Below are positions 50,629 through 51,312 of a DNA stretch of 51,312 bases, piece after piece. A model generated the notes under the pieces. It searched no databases. It was not told where the DNA came from and saw only the letters and a list, made by a program, of their open reading frames with translations. The stretch covers positions 1 to 51,312 of the forward strand of contig CAYSOY010000001.1 of NCBI GenBank assembly GCA_964432865.1, given 5' to 3'. Made by a program: the position numbers and the translations under genes. Position 1 is the stretch's first letter; each line of letters begins with the position of its first letter. Origin of the DNA: an uncultured Methanosarcinales archaeon (GTDB lineage: Archaea > Nanobdellota > Nanobdellia > Woesearchaeales > UBA525).

Positions 50629-51168
50629 ATGAGTGGAAAGTGGTCTGTGCTTGGAAGAGAAGAGGTATACTCCCATCCAAAATTAAGCGTAGTAGAGAAG
50701 AGAATAAAGCGACCTGATGGAGAAGAAGCAGACTACCCTGTGACGATAATAAATAAAGGAGTTTACGTTCTTCCGATGGACGAGGAGAAAAATATCTTCC
50801 TGGTTAGAGAGTACCACCCCGCGTACGAAGAGAAGAACTTAAGATGTATGAGTGGACGGGTGGAAGAAAGTGAGGCCTGCGTGGAAGCAGCGAAGAGGGA
50901 GTTGAAAGAAGAGACAGGTCTCAGAGCGGAGAAGTGGAGAGAAGTAGGCAGGAGCAGACCGGTGATGTCCGTGGTGGAGTGCCCGCAGGTGTTGTTCTTG
51001 GCAGAAGGTCTTACAGAAGGAGAGAGGTCTCTTGAAGACGAGGAGTACATAGAGGTTCAGAAGATAAAATTCGAAGAAGCAGTCAGAAAGGTTTACAAAA
51101 ACGAAATTAGGGATACTGTCAGTCAAACGCTCATACTTAAAACCCAGAAGTTAACAGAAGAGGGTTGA
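50629..51168 (+). CDS. NUDIX hydrolase (ADP-ribose pyrophosphatase-like)
   Basis: Nudix box: GRVEESEACVEAAKRELKEETGL. Confidence 0.85.
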   Translation: MSGKWSVLGREEVYSHPKLSVVEKRIKRPDGEEADYPVTIINKGVYVLPMDEEKNIFLVREYHPAYEEKNLRCMSGRVEESEACVEAAKRELKEETGLRAEKWREVGRSRPVMSVVECPQVLFLAEGLTEGERSLEDEEYIEVQKIKFEEAVRKVYKNEIRDTVSQTLILKTQKLTEEG

Positions 51169-51225
51169 AAAAAATAGGAGCGGGTTGATTAAAGAAAAGG
51201 GCGAGAATGATTTGTGGGCGGAAGT

Positions 51226-51312
51226 TCACTCTTTATTTTTCTCTTTCAGCATCCGCCTGAGCTCTTCTTCGTGCCCCGCGCCGACTATCACAAGAATTTT
51301 CTTCTCAGGATG
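51226..51312 (-). CDS. C-terminal fragment of a TraB/GumN-like protein (N-terminus outside the window)
   Basis: Own translation of the minus strand: HPEKKILVIVGAGHEEELRRMLKEKNKE*. VGAGH near the C-terminus is typical of the TraB family. This is a weak call. Confidence 0.35.
   Translation of the reverse strand, partial: HPEKKILVIVGAGHEEELRRMLKEKNKE

Noticed and set aside
1-51312. CRISPR arrays, cas genes, transposases, integrases, prophage or toxin-antitoxin modules
   Set aside because: No regularly spaced direct repeats of 24-40 nt were found, and no recognisable cas, DDE, tyrosine- or serine-recombinase or TA motifs occur in any frame. The only repeats are the short promoter and origin elements reported above.

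Overview
This is an archaeal chromosome segment, shown by PolD DP1/DP2, Orc1/Cdc6, MCM, TBP, PAN, aIF2-beta, NAC and Sec61-beta. The many short, highly charged orphan proteins suggest a small-genome, DPANN-like lineage (inference only). About 50 tightly packed protein genes lie mostly on the minus strand. Three stable RNA genes sit under spurious ORFs of the supplied track. They are RNase P RNA (2765-3148, -), SRP/7S RNA (15039-15340, -) and a tRNA-Leu(CAA) (28241-28488, -). The tRNA is interrupted by three introns (D-loop, canonical 37/38, T-loop 59/60), two of which form textbook bulge-helix-bulge motifs. A replication island is present. A cdc6-DP1-DP2 gene string abuts a 705-bp AT-rich origin with ORB-type dyads (40234-40938). 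It is followed by trmB, a SpoIIM-like gene, an RPA32-like OB protein, mcm and tbp, and then a second ORB-like repeat cluster (46430-46700). Other points worth a second look: an operon of three lysine-rich coiled-coil paralogues; a NurA-less HerA-type ATPase next to a SWIM-like basic protein; a eukaryote-architecture GMP synthase with deviant codon usage; a ThyA-fold protein lacking the nucleophilic Cys; and M50 and MBL folds with degenerate catalytic motifs. No CRISPR array, transposase, integrase or intein was seen. All calls come from manual reading and motif recall; no searches were run.
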